The notes beneath the pieces were generated by a model that did no database searches, was not told where the DNA came from, and saw only the letters and a program-made list of their open reading frames with translations. A DNA stretch of 64,000 bases from Psammoneis japonica (taxonomy: Eukaryota): the NCBI GenBank assembly GCA_008632985.1, contig QPGO01000025.1, positions 434,001 through 498,000 on the forward strand, given 5' to 3'. The position numbers and the translations under genes were made by a program. Below, piece by piece: positions 49,421 through 61,939 of the stretch (the stretch's first letter is position 1; the number at the start of each line of letters is the position of its first letter).

Positions 49421-52400
49421 TCGTGAAGAGAGGATTTTTTTTTTGCCTCAGTTCATCATTGTCACTTGTTGCTCATTGTCTGCTTTTTTGGTTTTGGTGG
49501 AACAAATGGGGCGATGGCCTGTTCCATGATGTTTGCAATGACATGCGTGCCAAAAATTCATTGTGCATTTTTCGCACACAAACATCCATCTGCAAAGCAT
49601 GATGATGTTGAATGTGTGTCAATCATGTCAAAAATTGCCAAAAGAATGAACCCAACTTCACATCAACATGATGCTGAGTTGCAGTGGATGTTGCTTCCTC
49701 CAAGGTGACCCTCCTTCCAACTGTTGGGCAGTTTCCTTCCTGCAAACTGTTTGAACACACATGCACTTGTGCAAGAGCAGAGTGGCAGCTGCCAGCCTTG
49801 TTGTGTTCTTGCCAGTTCTCAACAAAGAGAAAAAGCCACAAGCAGCTGCTCCAAACAACTCTCTCAATTTTGTGAAGATGCAAAATGAGCCCACTGCCTT
49901 GTCAGCCTGGCCATGGAGATGACTCTGACCATGGCCATTGCATGGATGAGCATTGCTCAAACACCACATTGTCAGATGCAGCAAGGTCATTGATTGTGAA
50001 GAAAGCATTCAAGGCAGTTGCCTGCCTGCAGCTTCCCCCAAAAAGTCTCATGCCTCATCTGTTGCCAAATGAGAAGAAGAGGACAGCAATGGCAAAGGGG
50101 AGGAAAAGCTTTTTCTCATGCAGAGCCCAAGCCAGAAATTGGGTGGTGGCCATTTTGATGACAAGTGCTCTTGGTCTAAACTCTGTGGCACATTTGACAA
50201 TGAGAAAAGCAGCAACAAGAACAACAAGACAAAAAATCCCCAGATCCACATGACATTGAAGGTGGCAGTGATGCCAATGAGGTCATCGTTGTGGAAGAAA
50301 AAGACTCAGAGTGCACAGCAGAGTCAAAAATTCAGGTCAATGCCTTGATGATGAGCTCTCTCTTCCCAACTTGCCCAAGTCTGTGCACCATTTCCTGGTC
50401 TCAACGATTCATCCAAAGCCAATGACAAGGGTTGTGGTGCTTCCAAATCACCTTGTCCATGCAACACAGGTGACAGTGAAGACATTTCTTTGATCTTCTC
50501 AAGCATCAGCCAGTCCTGGCAGTGCTGCATCAGCCACTGAGGCTCCAGGTTTGCTGGGGCAGGGAGAGGCATCATTCACATCACAGGACAAAACTCCACT
50601 GGCACCTTCAGGAAGCGCCACAGTGCCAAACTGCTCTCCCCCCTCCTCCAAGGATGGAGGGCTGGTGGCAATTTCACAGCCCACAAGGTCAGATCTGCTT
50701 GTGATGTGTTGCACTTGACAATCTGCCAAAGCCAACTTGGCTGGACTAAAAGCTTTTTTGTGCTGCTGCACATTTCTTTCTGCACAAGTTCATTGCAGGC
50801 CTCAGCTCAGTCCTTTTGATCTTGATCCAGGTGCAGCTGCATGCTGGCTTGGTTGACATTGCTGGTGGCAGAAGATGCAGGCTCAAAATTGGCAGCTGAC
50901 ACCAGACTTTCTCCCAAGGCATGCACCAGCATGGTCAGCATCTTCTTGCAGTTCACCCCAGCTGCCTCTTGCTTTGACATCACCCCAATTGACAGGAGAA
51001 ACAGGATGAGGATGAGGCACACCTTCTCTGGTGACAGCGCTGCCACTTTGTTGTCATGCGGTGGCTGCAGCAGTGCTGGCCAACAAAGAGTCCATTTTGG
51101 AAGAATGAGCTGAGCCAGGGGGTGAATGCTCACATTTGCCCAATGCTTGTGGCACCTCCTCAACAACCTGGCAGGGCAGGCATGCTGAAACATGGATGCA
51201 AGAGCAGAGGCAGCCTGTCAATGCACTGAACATCATCCACTGGAGCACTCAGGTGCACATCTCAGAGCAATCACAAAGACAACACTGCCCATTGAAGCTT
51301 GGTGCCTGGCCATCACGACATGCAGAACTTTGGAGCAGGAGCTCTGTGAAAAACCAGCTCTGCAACAATGCCTCCAAGCCCCTGTTTCTCATCTGAGCTT
51401 GTGCAGAACATTCAAAGTCATGATGAGATGAGAGGATCCAATCAATCACAAAGGCAGCAGCAATGTCCAGCAACAGCTCCTTCCATGGAAACTGTGCAAA
51501 CAGTCTTGCTTTGTTTGCAATTGTTTTAAATCAGAGCATGGCTGTGGCCAGCCTTGTTCATCATCTTGTCCACACCTTTTTGCATCTCCCACTGTCCCCC
51601 TCACATCTGACAGAAAACAGGGAACTTGAAATGGGGCCAAAGTTTGTGCATGTGGGTGGTGGATTGCCCACCTTTTGGGGGGTCAATCTGATCAACTGGA
51701 CAAACTTTTGCCATGCCATCAACATCACAGTTTCAAAACTTGCAAGCAGCATTAGAGCACATCCACTGTGTGGCAGCTTGCAGCACCCATTTTGAAAAAT
51801 GTCCCTGTGCAGCACTGAATGCTGCAGAGATCAGTTGTCAGTTCAATGCATGCTGGATTGCACAGAAAAGGTGGCCCAACAGTTGACATTCTTGACAAAC
51901 AAGCATGTGTGTGGGCTCTTGATGTGAGCACATGCTGTGTTGTCATCAGAATGGTGCCATGTGGTTCTTGAGGAATGCACTGGTGTTGTGCTGCTCAAAG
52001 AAGGGCTCACAACTTTTTGCATTTGACAACTCTGCAGGTCTTGGCTTCAATGCCAAAAGGATGCATTGGCTCTTGAGCCCTGTGTGTCAAACATTCTTTG
52101 CACTGCAGTGGTTGTGAGGTGCTGCTCCAGAGCACCTCTGCCAAGGCTGGCATCACAAGCACAAGCAACACCATGGCTGGTGACTCACCCTTTCTCTCTC
52201 CGGGAGGATGCCCAGATGAACAACAAAAGGCTGTGCAAAGTTTTCTGTTGTGGCCAGATTGACAGAAACAGCATGTCCAGGTTGTCATGCTCAGAAAATT
52301 CTGTGTGCATGAACCGGGTGCCAGTTGGGATCCCTGAGAGCAAGACAAGACCCAAATTGCTGCCAGTGTGTTGTCTTGCATTGCCTGAAAAGACAGCAGT

Positions 52401-55057
52401 TAAAATGGCTGGACATCCAGTGAGCTCAATGAGAGCAGCAGTGGTGAGATCTGCAGCCCACCACCATCTGTCTGTTTCAAAATGTCAAAACCATGCAGGG
52501 CTGACAAGGCTTGCTCCTTCTGCACACACCATTGGCAGCTGGTGGCAAAATCACTGATGCCACACCCAATGCCACCTCTTGTTCCAATTTCTTTTTTAAA
52601 ATGCAAAAACAAAATGCAGGCAGCACTCACACTTCATTTCTGAACACTTGGACATTGGATGTGATGCTGCAACTCCTCCACGATGCGGCACAGGTCATCC
52701 AAAAAGTCATCTAAGATGGTGTAGAGCTTGCGCTGTCTGTGAAGGATGGACAATTTTGCCAAGCTGTTTGATGATCAGCAATGTGATGAAATCAGCAGTT
52801 GGGGCAATGCTGGAAAGGAAACAACCCTTGCAGTCCATCCCCTCCTGCTTCTGTGACTCTCCTGTGTGACTCTGCAGGAGAAACAAGTGGTTTTCAAAAG
52901 GGGGGAGGGGGCTGGAGAAACCACAGCATTTCAATGAGAACATGTGACGAACTTGCAATGAAAAAGACTCCCATGAATGACAATGGCTGGCAACAAAGAC
53001 TCTGCCTTGCTGCCTGAGGTTGGAGAAGAGAAGCAGCTCCACATCTCAAGAAGAACTCCTGCAAAGTTTTCAGGAACAAGCCACAGGAATTGCAGCTGCA
53101 GGGCTTTGTCAGAGGCGACAAGAAACATGCTTTGCTGGCTGCTGACATTCTGCATGTTAGCACATCTTTCTTTGTCCATGGAGCACCCCCACACTCAAAC
53201 ACTCTCAAAATCATGATGGTTGCATGGGTGCCCGGCAATGGACAGAAAAGAAGTTGGAACAAGTGTGGCGATTTGGCCAGAGATTGTTGATGTGGGGCAT
53301 CACTGAACTGTTTCACCTCAGTTTCCAGTTCAGTTGTAAGATGCAAAAAGAGACAAGAGCAGCAAATCTCACAGCAAACCTTGTGCTTTGTGAGTGCTTG
53401 AGTTGGACTCTTTGATTGCATGAGGTGGCCCAGATGCTTGGCACAGCAATGAAGTTGATGATCATTCACCCCTGGTGTGGTTGCACTGTCAGATCAACAA
53501 CAGTGTGACACCCAAAGAGGCAGATCTTTGCAACACTGCAAATGCAGCAGTGGCAGGTGGCAAACTCTTTGACTCAGCCATTGTCAGGTCAAAAGATGAA
53601 CACATGGTCATTTGGCATTTTCTCACCAATCATCAACATCAACCATGTGTGCACCAGCCACAAGGACAGATTGGAGATTTGCTTGCCAGAAGACAAGGCT
53701 CTAAGCTTCCAAAACCTGCTCACACCACCTCAACAGTTGAAAGGAAATTGCAGTTCACAATGCATGTGTGCTGTTTGGCAATGTGCTGAAGGAGACAGCC
53801 AGAACAGCACCAGAACAGCACACCTGTTTTGTTTTGAGAATGTGCTGATGACTGCCTCTGACAGCAAACAAAGTGCAAGTGCATGCCAGCCAGAAATGGA
53901 GCTGTGATGAATGACCCAAGTGGAAGTTTCAAGAGCTCTGTTTTCTGCTTCTTTTACGTGAGACATGCTTCTTGCCTTTGTCAGAATGAGATTTCACTGC
54001 AGAAACAGAAATGCATTTTGTGTCAGAGTTCAGAGCATTGTGCTGCCTCACAAGGGTTGCTGGCACAAGCACTGTGATGAGTCATGAGCGAACTGTCAGC
54101 ATGAAAAGAGCCAGCTGCTGGCGGCAGTGGGAGTTCACAATTTAGCTGATGTGCCAGCCAGAAGTGGGGTTGCAGTGAATGATGGCAAGTCAAAGCTTCT
54201 GGAACTCCATCATCCACTCCTTTTGTGTGAGATGTGTTTTTGTCCTCCTTGGAAGGCGAGAGTGCTGTCAGTGAATGACATTCAAAAGAAAAAGTGACAA
54301 CAAGTGTGCAAGAATTTTTTTGATGCCAAGGCACACTCGCTCACCCACACTCTTGTTCTCCTCAGATTCCTTCATGGAATCCCTCCTCCAATGATTGCAG
54401 GCTTCCTCAATTTCTCTGTTGAGTCAGGTTACTCTGATGGTCGAATTTGGCTTCGAAGTTGATGTGTTGAGTTCAGAGTGGATGCAAGAACAGGTGAGGG
54501 GGGCGAGACAACTACTTCCACTCTAACAGCAAATGTTCCCAATTCGCATTTGTCCGATCGATTTATCTGCACATCCAGACTGAATCGAAGGCAAGAGAGA
54601 CTCAATGGGTGAGTGCCACATTTGCAGTTTGTGGTGACATTGTTCTTTGGCAGACGGCAGCCACACCGAAAAGCAGTGCATTGTGAAAGACAGAGCAAAC
54701 AGCTGATCATGATGATCTTCCGCATGGACGCCTTCTGTCACTTTGTTCTTCGTTGGAGCGAGCACAAGGAACACAAGCATCGCCATTAAAGGAACCAATT
54801 CGAAAGTTGTCGCACACCCGGAATCACCTGGCCTGTAGCTAGAGGGCCGTAACTAGAGAATCGAGAAGTTGCATTATTGTTTCGCTTGGCTTTGCTCGAG
54901 GTCTTTCAGCCGCGCCGCATTTACTGTACCCGTATGACCACAGCGTAGGCAGCCACTATAATCCAACCGCAAGATGGAGCTCTCGAAGTTGCTAAGTAAA
55001 GTTTTGACATACGTTGCACCTAGCTAGCATGCTAACCATCACTAAAATGTTACGTAG

Positions 55058-56629
55058 TCATTCTGTAGCTGGACTTACAAAAAAGAGTGCCGCGGTCAAG
55101 TATGCACCAGCTGGGTAGGCAGCTGGACTTTGAGTGTGGCATGAAGCTGCTCCATTGATTTTCAATAGCGTAATACATCTTCCTGCTGACACAGCTGCTT
55201 GCTGCACCATATTTAAAAAATACTGACCGCCGTCCTTCTGTGTCATGGCTGCCGAGCACGAGCAGGATAGAAGCAACCCGCCCTTTTCGGCCGATATGAG
55301 ATGAATGGCGTCTCTATTCAATGCGTGATATTTTCTTGAAGCACGGTCCAGACCAGAGGCAGACGGAGCGAGTTTCGGCGGATCCAAAATAACAACATCC
55401 CACTCCTTTCCTTGCGACCGAGCTGATTTCATAAAAGGCGAAATATCGCTTTGCACAAACTCAATCTTGTCTTTATCGCAAGCGTTGAATTTTGCGTTGC
55501 CTCTGCAAGCATCAATAGCGTCTTGAGATGAATCGACACCAGTCACGTGCGCTGCTTTCCCGTGAATCAACGCATTCAAGGCAAACCCACCGTGATACGA
55601 GCACAAATCCAAAACTCGCTTCCCTTGACACAGTGGTGCGAGATTCCGTCTATTCTCGCGCTGATCACAATAAACGCCTGTCTTCTGGCCCTTTTGATAC
55701 GGCAACGAGATGTACTGTATGCTAGACTCTGTCGTCACGACTATTTTTTCAGTGTCATAATCCGTATCCTCGTCAACATTCATGTCAAGTTTATATCCGT
55801 CTTGTTTCAGACGAGCCGGTGTAGTCTTCCAGATAATATTGATTTCAGTGCCTTCATAACTCGGGTGCCGACTTAGAACATCGCAAAGTACATCATGAAT
55901 AACATCTTTGTAAATCTCACACCACGACGCCGACGACATTACAACTGCAACTTTCCCACCCAGGATATCCACAGCGAGTCCAGACAGTCCGTCACCCTCC
56001 CCATTAACAAGTCGATACGTATCGGTTTCTTGTGACGGCAACGACAATGCCAATCGTGATTGGACAGCAGCACCCAGCTTTGTCGATAGAATAGTGCAAA
56101 GTGCTTCTGTCTCTTCTTTGCATTGCTTTACTTGATCAGCTAGAGACGGATTTATCGATGCATGACACAGCATTCGAACTCTGTACATGGAATTAGGATT
56201 GTAAACCCCCCACCCAATAAATTGTGTTGGACCGTCTGGTGGAGTATCAAAATGTGGATATGTCTCGCTCTTGCTCCGTCGCTTCTCCTTATTTTGTTGA
56301 ACTGCAACCCCAACTAAATTCCCCATTTCGATCTTTTTCTTTCCTGACGAAAACGCAATGGCTCCTGGAAAGATGAGCGGATTGCCATCTCGAAAGGATC
56401 TAGACTGTCTATTTCGTTTCACAACAACTATAGGAAATGAATACTCTTTCTTTGCAGCAGCCGATGAATGTAGACGAGAAAGGCGTAACAGCAGAGGTGT
56501 CGCTGGGCGCTGAATTGTGACGAAACCTCTGCACGCCACAAGCGACATGGACACGATTGTCAACGAAGGGAGAAAGCAAGAAATGATGGATCGAATCATT
56601 GACAACGTCAAGTTACTTCTCCCTCTCAT
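55058..56629 (-). CDS. RlmI-like SAM-dependent rRNA methyltransferase, probably organelle-targeted; start uncertain
   Basis: YRLVNGEGDGLSGLAVD, GQKTGVYCDQRENR, VLDLCSYHGGFAL, DVVILDPPK, SCSCS; hydrophobic N-terminus followed by ACRG-FVT. Confidence 0.88.
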   Translation of the reverse strand: MRGRSNLTLSMIRSIISCFLPSLTIVSMSLVACRGFVTIQRPATPLLLRLSRLHSSAAAKKEYSFPIVVVKRNRQSRSFRDGNPLIFPGAIAFSSGKKKIEMGNLVGVAVQQNKEKRRSKSETYPHFDTPPDGPTQFIGWGVYNPNSMYRVRMLCHASINPSLADQVKQCKEETEALCTILSTKLGAAVQSRLALSLPSQETDTYRLVNGEGDGLSGLAVDILGGKVAVVMSSASWCEIYKDVIHDVLCDVLSRHPSYEGTEINIIWKTTPARLKQDGYKLDMNVDEDTDYDTEKIVVTTESSIQYISLPYQKGQKTGVYCDQRENRRNLAPLCQGKRVLDLCSYHGGFALNALIHGKAAHVTGVDSSQDAIDACRGNAKFNACDKDKIEFVQSDISPFMKSARSQGKEWDVVILDPPKLAPSASGLDRASRKYHALNRDAIHLISAEKGGLLLSCSCSAAMTQKDGGQYFLNMVQQAAVSAGRCITLLKINGAASCHTQSPAAYPAGAYLTAALFFVSPATE

Positions 56630-57245
56630 GCTGAAAGCTGGAAGAGCCTTTGATGGATGAGACGAACGACGAAAACGACAAGATCCAAGATCCATCACAA
56701 GTCGTGATAATCAATATGCTGATATTCATGGTTTATTATTCCTGAGTGATTGCTGACGAAAACTTCAAGAAAGTTGCTAGTAAATGCGTTGAGAAACGTT
56801 CCTAATGCGTTTACAATACTGGAATAACTTTCTTAAAATCTGTACATCACATTGGACCTAATTTGGTTTGCATTTTAAAAAAATGTCTATCGACCTCTAA
56901 TGGTCATATAAGTATATTTTTGCGTAAACATATTATAACCTCTAATGTAAATACTTCATATTATCTCTCTGTTTATAAAATGACAAACTAATCATATGTT
57001 CTAAAGATCGTATATGGCATAACAATTTTTGGTGTTTTCCCGCCCAACGGCTCCGCAATCACAAAATTTTCGCAAGATTCACATTATCACGAAGAACCCA
57101 ACGCTATCGTGTGAGAAAGCAAAGAGAGGTGCAAATTTCGTCACTGTTGTGCGTTTTATCATCCTATTGATAACGTACAAGATTCAAGGCATAACAACAG
57201 GTGAACAAAAAGTGTCGTGTTATAAAGCAAAGAGAGGTGCCAACC

Positions 57246-60200
57246 ATGGACTACAGCGATGACGACTCCTCGGACGCTTCCGGTCCGCCGCCGCCGCCTC
57301 CTGATCATGCGCCCCCTCCAGAGATCGACGATGCGCCGCCTCCGCCTCCGCCTCCGCCTCCGCCACCAAGCCACCCGCCACCAAGCCATCCGCCTCCTCC
57401 AGATGTCGAAAAGGTAGTGGAGGATGAGAAAAAGGAGGATGAAGTCAAGGCGGAAAGCGTCGATACAGACGAGGAGGTAACGGAGGTTACGGAGAATACT
57501 GAGGATGCGGAGGTCAAGGATATTGCAGATCAAGATGTTCAGGAGAAGCTAGAAAACATGGGAATCGCAGAAGGAGACGACGACGACGACGAAGATAGCG
57601 TAGAAGTGCCTATTCAAATGTATGAGGCATCTGAATCTGCTGCTATAGCTGAAGCTGAAGCAAAAGCTCGTGATACCGGTATGGAGGTTGATGAGTCTCC
57701 GGAAAAATCAAGAGGTGGTTTCTGTGAACGCAAGCGTCTGATTTGCTGCTGTGCGCTCATTGTGGTTGCTCTTGCGATTGTCCTTGGCGTTGGATTCGGA
57801 ACGGGGGCTTTTACCAGTGATGACAACAAGTCAACTGATAGAGGCGGAGGCGAAACCGCAAACACGGCTCCGACTGCAGCACCCGTTACCGGCGAGCCAG
57901 TAGTCGAGACTCCTTCCCCGGCGCCTGTTGATCCTGTCGACCCTACCGACATTCCAACCCCAACCGATCCTCCTTTCGGCTTTGAAGAGGCCATTGCTGC
58001 CATCAGTGCTGATGGAGGCGCCGCTCTGAGCGACCCGACGAGCTCAGAAGCTCGAGCAGCGGCTTGGCTTCAGAACGATGACACTCTCAAACTCGATCCT
58101 ACGGATCCATCTCCTGAAAACCAACGCAGAGTTAAACAGCGGTATGCATTGGCGACGATTTGGTTCAACAGTGAAAATGCTGACTGGGTTGACCAGACCA
58201 ACTGGTTAAACGAAGACGAATGCACATGGTTCGGAATCGTCTGTGGCTCCGAAGGTAGCAATCCAGCGAACCCCGAAGGTGGTAATCCAGGGACGAACCG
58301 CAATCTTCGCCGCAAGTTACAACCGTCCACCACTGTCACGGCGGTTGATCTGAAGAGCAACGGTCTGACTGGAGGGGTCTCTGCTGAATTGGCGCTACTG
58401 TCAGATCTAAGCAGGATGGATCTTAGCGGAAATTTGCTTAACGGATCCCTTCCTTCCACGTTCACGAATCTAACAAAGCTAGAGGTTATCGATCTCCGGG
58501 ACAATGCACTGAGTGGCGACATCTCGACGTATGATTTCTCCGGGTTCTCGGTTCTGCGAGTTTTGAACCTTGCGAATAATGGTCTGACCGGATCCTTTCC
58601 TTCCACCCTGACGGATGTTCCAACTCTAGAAGTGATTCGTCTGGACGAAAATGAGCTCAGTGGTCAGATCGCTAATATTGACTTTTCTGTATTTACTGTG
58701 CTCCAAGAATTTGCGTTGAGTGGCAATGCGTTTGCAGGAGCTGTTCCTGCTTCGCTTTGGTCCGTGTCGACCTTGACCGCTCTCGAGCTCGAGCGCAACG
58801 CATTCACAGGAAATCTTTCGCAGCTTCCGCAATTGACCAACCTTGGTAGGTGACACACGTCATTGGGGTATTCGCGTCATTTGAATTTATGCTCTTTTCC
58901 TCAATAGCATTTCTTGTTCGGTGTTTTGCTTCAACAGTTTTTGCCTTTTTGGGTGGCAATAGCTTTAATGGCGCCTTACCCCCTGAAATCCGGTCGCTCG
59001 AAAGTCTCCGTGAGTACCGTAGTAGGATTCCCCCCACGTCCATTGTCACCTTTTGACTGCGTTCTCAACCACCTTATGTCTTGTCTGTCGTTCACAGAAG
59101 TTTTGTCTGTATTCGACAACGAACTATCGGGCGCAATTCCCGAAGAAATTGGAGACCTTGAGAACCTAGGTACGCCCTCGAGCCAAGTGTGTAATTGAAA
59201 CATACAAGTGTGTCACACCCAACTCAAAATCTTACATAATCTGTGTTCTCCTTTTGATTTTACAGCTGCTCTCTACCTTGATGGTAACAACCTTGAAGGA
59301 GAAGTGCCTGATTTGGGAGGGCTCACAACGTTGAGAGCCATCGGACTTGGAAACAATGAAGCTCTTGTATTTGATGAATTCCCTAAATTCATCTACGATC
59401 TCAAGGAATTGCAGCAGCTTAGGATGGAGAATCTCGGGATGACTGGATCGCTTGATCGTGCCTTTAGAGACATGACTGCTCTAACGCTCATCTATCTTGA
59501 TGGGAACGAAATGTCGGGAGATCTCCCAGACCTTTCGAGAATGACTGGACTTTCAAGGATTCGTCTCGATGGAAACTCGTTCGATGGGGACCTTTCCTTC
59601 ATGTCCACATCGCCATTGTTGACACAAGTGATTGTTCCAGGCAACAACTTTGTCGGAGGTATCCCAGCCGACATCGACACTTTGGAAGGTTTGGAAATAC
59701 TTGATCTTCAGGACAACCCACTCCAAGGTGGCATCCCGGCTGCAATCACTAATTTGGAACTTCTAGGTAAGATTCGGCTTTCGATTATTTGTAGTTTGTG
59801 CCGCCCAGCCGCACCTCACAAGATGTCATCCTGTCGATTTCTTTGACCCAGAAACTCTTAACTTGGGGAACTGCCTGTTGACTGGCCCGATTCCTGCGGA
59901 CATTGGAAATATGGCTTCTTTGGGTGAGTACCATGCGCTATTTTCGTCCGTGACGCGACGAGCTGTTGGACCATCCATGTCTGGCTAACACCATTCTTTC
60001 ATTTCTTTCGATAGTTGAACTTTCATTGAACGATAATGTCTTGGATTCTGGCATTCCTGATTCGATTGCGAACCTCGGAAGTCTTGGTACGGAAATTGTC
60101 ACGTGTCTTCTGCATATTTCTTCTGGCTGAATGCTAACCATTACAATGGCCATATGTTCTTTAGAAACTCTTGATCTAAGCACGAACGGTATCACTGGAG

Positions 60201-61364
60201 AAATTCCCGCTGTCATCACTACTGGGTTGGGAAGTATTCGTAAGTCATGCATTGCAGCGACTTTCTCGCTTTTTTTTTTAATGAAATATTTATTGACATC
60301 TTGTTTCTGGTGTTTGTCCCCTGCAGGACGCCTTCGCCTCAACAACAACTACTTGACCGGTAACATTCCTGCTGATATTGGCAATTTGGCAACCTTGGGT
60401 GAGTTTGCGAACTGCTCCACATTAGTTGAATTGTGTTCGACTGTGAAGCGACTGGTAGACTTACATTCCATCTCTCATTCTCTTTGCAGTCGAGCTACGT
60501 TTGGACACCACGAGATTTTCGGACGACGGATACGAGGGCCTTTCTGGTCCGATCCCTGAATCTATTGGGAAGCTTGCGAATTTGGGTGAGTTACTTTTGA
60601 GTAAGAGAATCGGTGTACTCTCCTGACGTGTCGCTCACAAGTTCGTGCTGTTTTTTTCTCAGAAATCTTGGACCTTTCTAGAGCCGCGCTGACCGGACCA
60701 ATCCCAGGCGCTCTCATGGGACTAAAAAATTTGCGTAAGTGTCCGCGAGACTATAGTCATTGCCCAGTGTACTGTTTCGATTAATGCTCATCTCCCTTCT
60801 GTCGTTCTGGTTTGTAGAACGTTTGGATCTTAGTAGGAACGATCTCACCGGTGAGATTCCTGCGAACTTTGGAGACTTGGTAAATCTAGGTAAGACGCAT
60901 GCTGTTATCGGCGCGATGTCTTGGACAAGCACGGTTCGTTTCTAATATCTTCTTTTCTTGAAACACTTTCAGTACGACTCCGGCTTCACGCTAACCGAGA
61001 CGACGTCCTTGGAACTCCTGGCTTCACCGGAGCCCTCCCACCTTCGATAGGCAAGCTTGTAAACTTGGTCAGTGCGGAGCTATTTTTCAATTCTTTCACG
61101 GGGGCAATCCCTGCAGAGATCGGAGACATGACTGCATTGGAAGTTCTGGATGTCGAATTCAATTTCATTGGTGGCGAGGTACCATCCGAAATTGGTAAAT
61201 TGCAGAATTTGCGAGAGTTCTATCTGTCTACAAACAACATTGTCGGTGAAATGCCACAGGAAGTGTGTGACATTGAAACCATAGAAGATCTCTTCCCTGA
61301 CTGTACTCTGGTATGTCCGATCCCCGACTGCTGCTCAGGATGTAACGAAGGAGAAGAAGCGTAA
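57246..61364 (+). CDS. Type II membrane LRR protein (Pro-rich/acidic cytoplasmic N-terminus, TM, P/T stalk, Cys cap, more than 20 plant-type LRRs); 12 exons
   Basis: TM ALIVVALAIVLGVGFG; QRYALATIWF...ECTWFGIVC; LxxLxLxxNxLxGxIPxxIGxL repeats; 11 GT-AG introns traced in frame. Confidence 0.9.
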
Positions 61365-61939
61365 ATTTCCTCTGGAAAAGCTGAACGACAGAAGTATTAC
61401 TGATGATGCTAGAGTGTCAGCTTGGAAAGGATTTTGCATGGTCTCTTCTTTTCGTTTATGTGATGTGAAACGCTTCGTTTTTCGACCTGAGAGACCGACC
61501 GGGTTAGTGACTTATAAATATTTGTTACATATTATTAAACTGATGTTTCGAAAACTGTTGTGCTATCTACACTGCTCATTGCATCGGATAGAGTCGATCT
61601 CTACTATAGAGGCCCTCCAGAGTTAGCTACCGGTAGGGTCGCGATTAGGTAGGTTGGAGCAAGGATTTGAACAGATTTGAAGGAAGAACTGACACGGGAG
61701 ATGGACGGACTGACTGACTTACGTGCGCGCCCTACGCGTTCAACGGTCACAATGCCAGTTACGTAGAATCTACAGGGAAGTGTAGTACTCCTCCATTTGC
61801 CAAAATACCCCCTGACTGCTATGCTGGCTTTTTTTCCGGCGACGCGGAAACGCACAAAAAGACGAAGCAACGGCGGCACTCTATTCTGAACGACTGCTTC
61901 CTGACGCATCGTTTCAATTAAACGCAGGCATTGGTTCCC

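Larger units (their letters stand above)
43950..54800. other. About 10.8-kb hypermutated block depleted in CpG and TpA, with no intact genes
   Basis: TG/CA excess; translated ORFs almost devoid of Tyr and ending mostly in TGA; gradual edges. Confidence 0.85.

Noticed and set aside
51752..51900. Kinase-like words LHRDI and STVGPP in the mutated block
   Set aside because: Wrong order and different frames, with no other kinase motifs; probably chance
43966..54798. Dozens of 60-200 aa Cys/His-rich ORFs as novel small proteins
   Set aside because: By-product of TAA/TAG loss and TG/CA gain; they occur in all six frames with no coherent domains
43950..54800. Endogenous virus or LTR/LINE retroelement as the source of the block
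   Set aside because: No recognisable capsid, polymerase, RT, integrase or LTR pair; cannot be fully excluded given the decay
56700..57030. AT-rich tract between the RlmI-like and LRR genes
   Set aside because: No terminal repeats or other structure found; consistent with an ordinary divergent promoter
57107..57243. Direct repeat TCGTGTnAnAAAGCAAAGAGAGGTGC, twice upstream of the LRR ATG
   Set aside because: Only two copies; a small local duplication with no array or element structure
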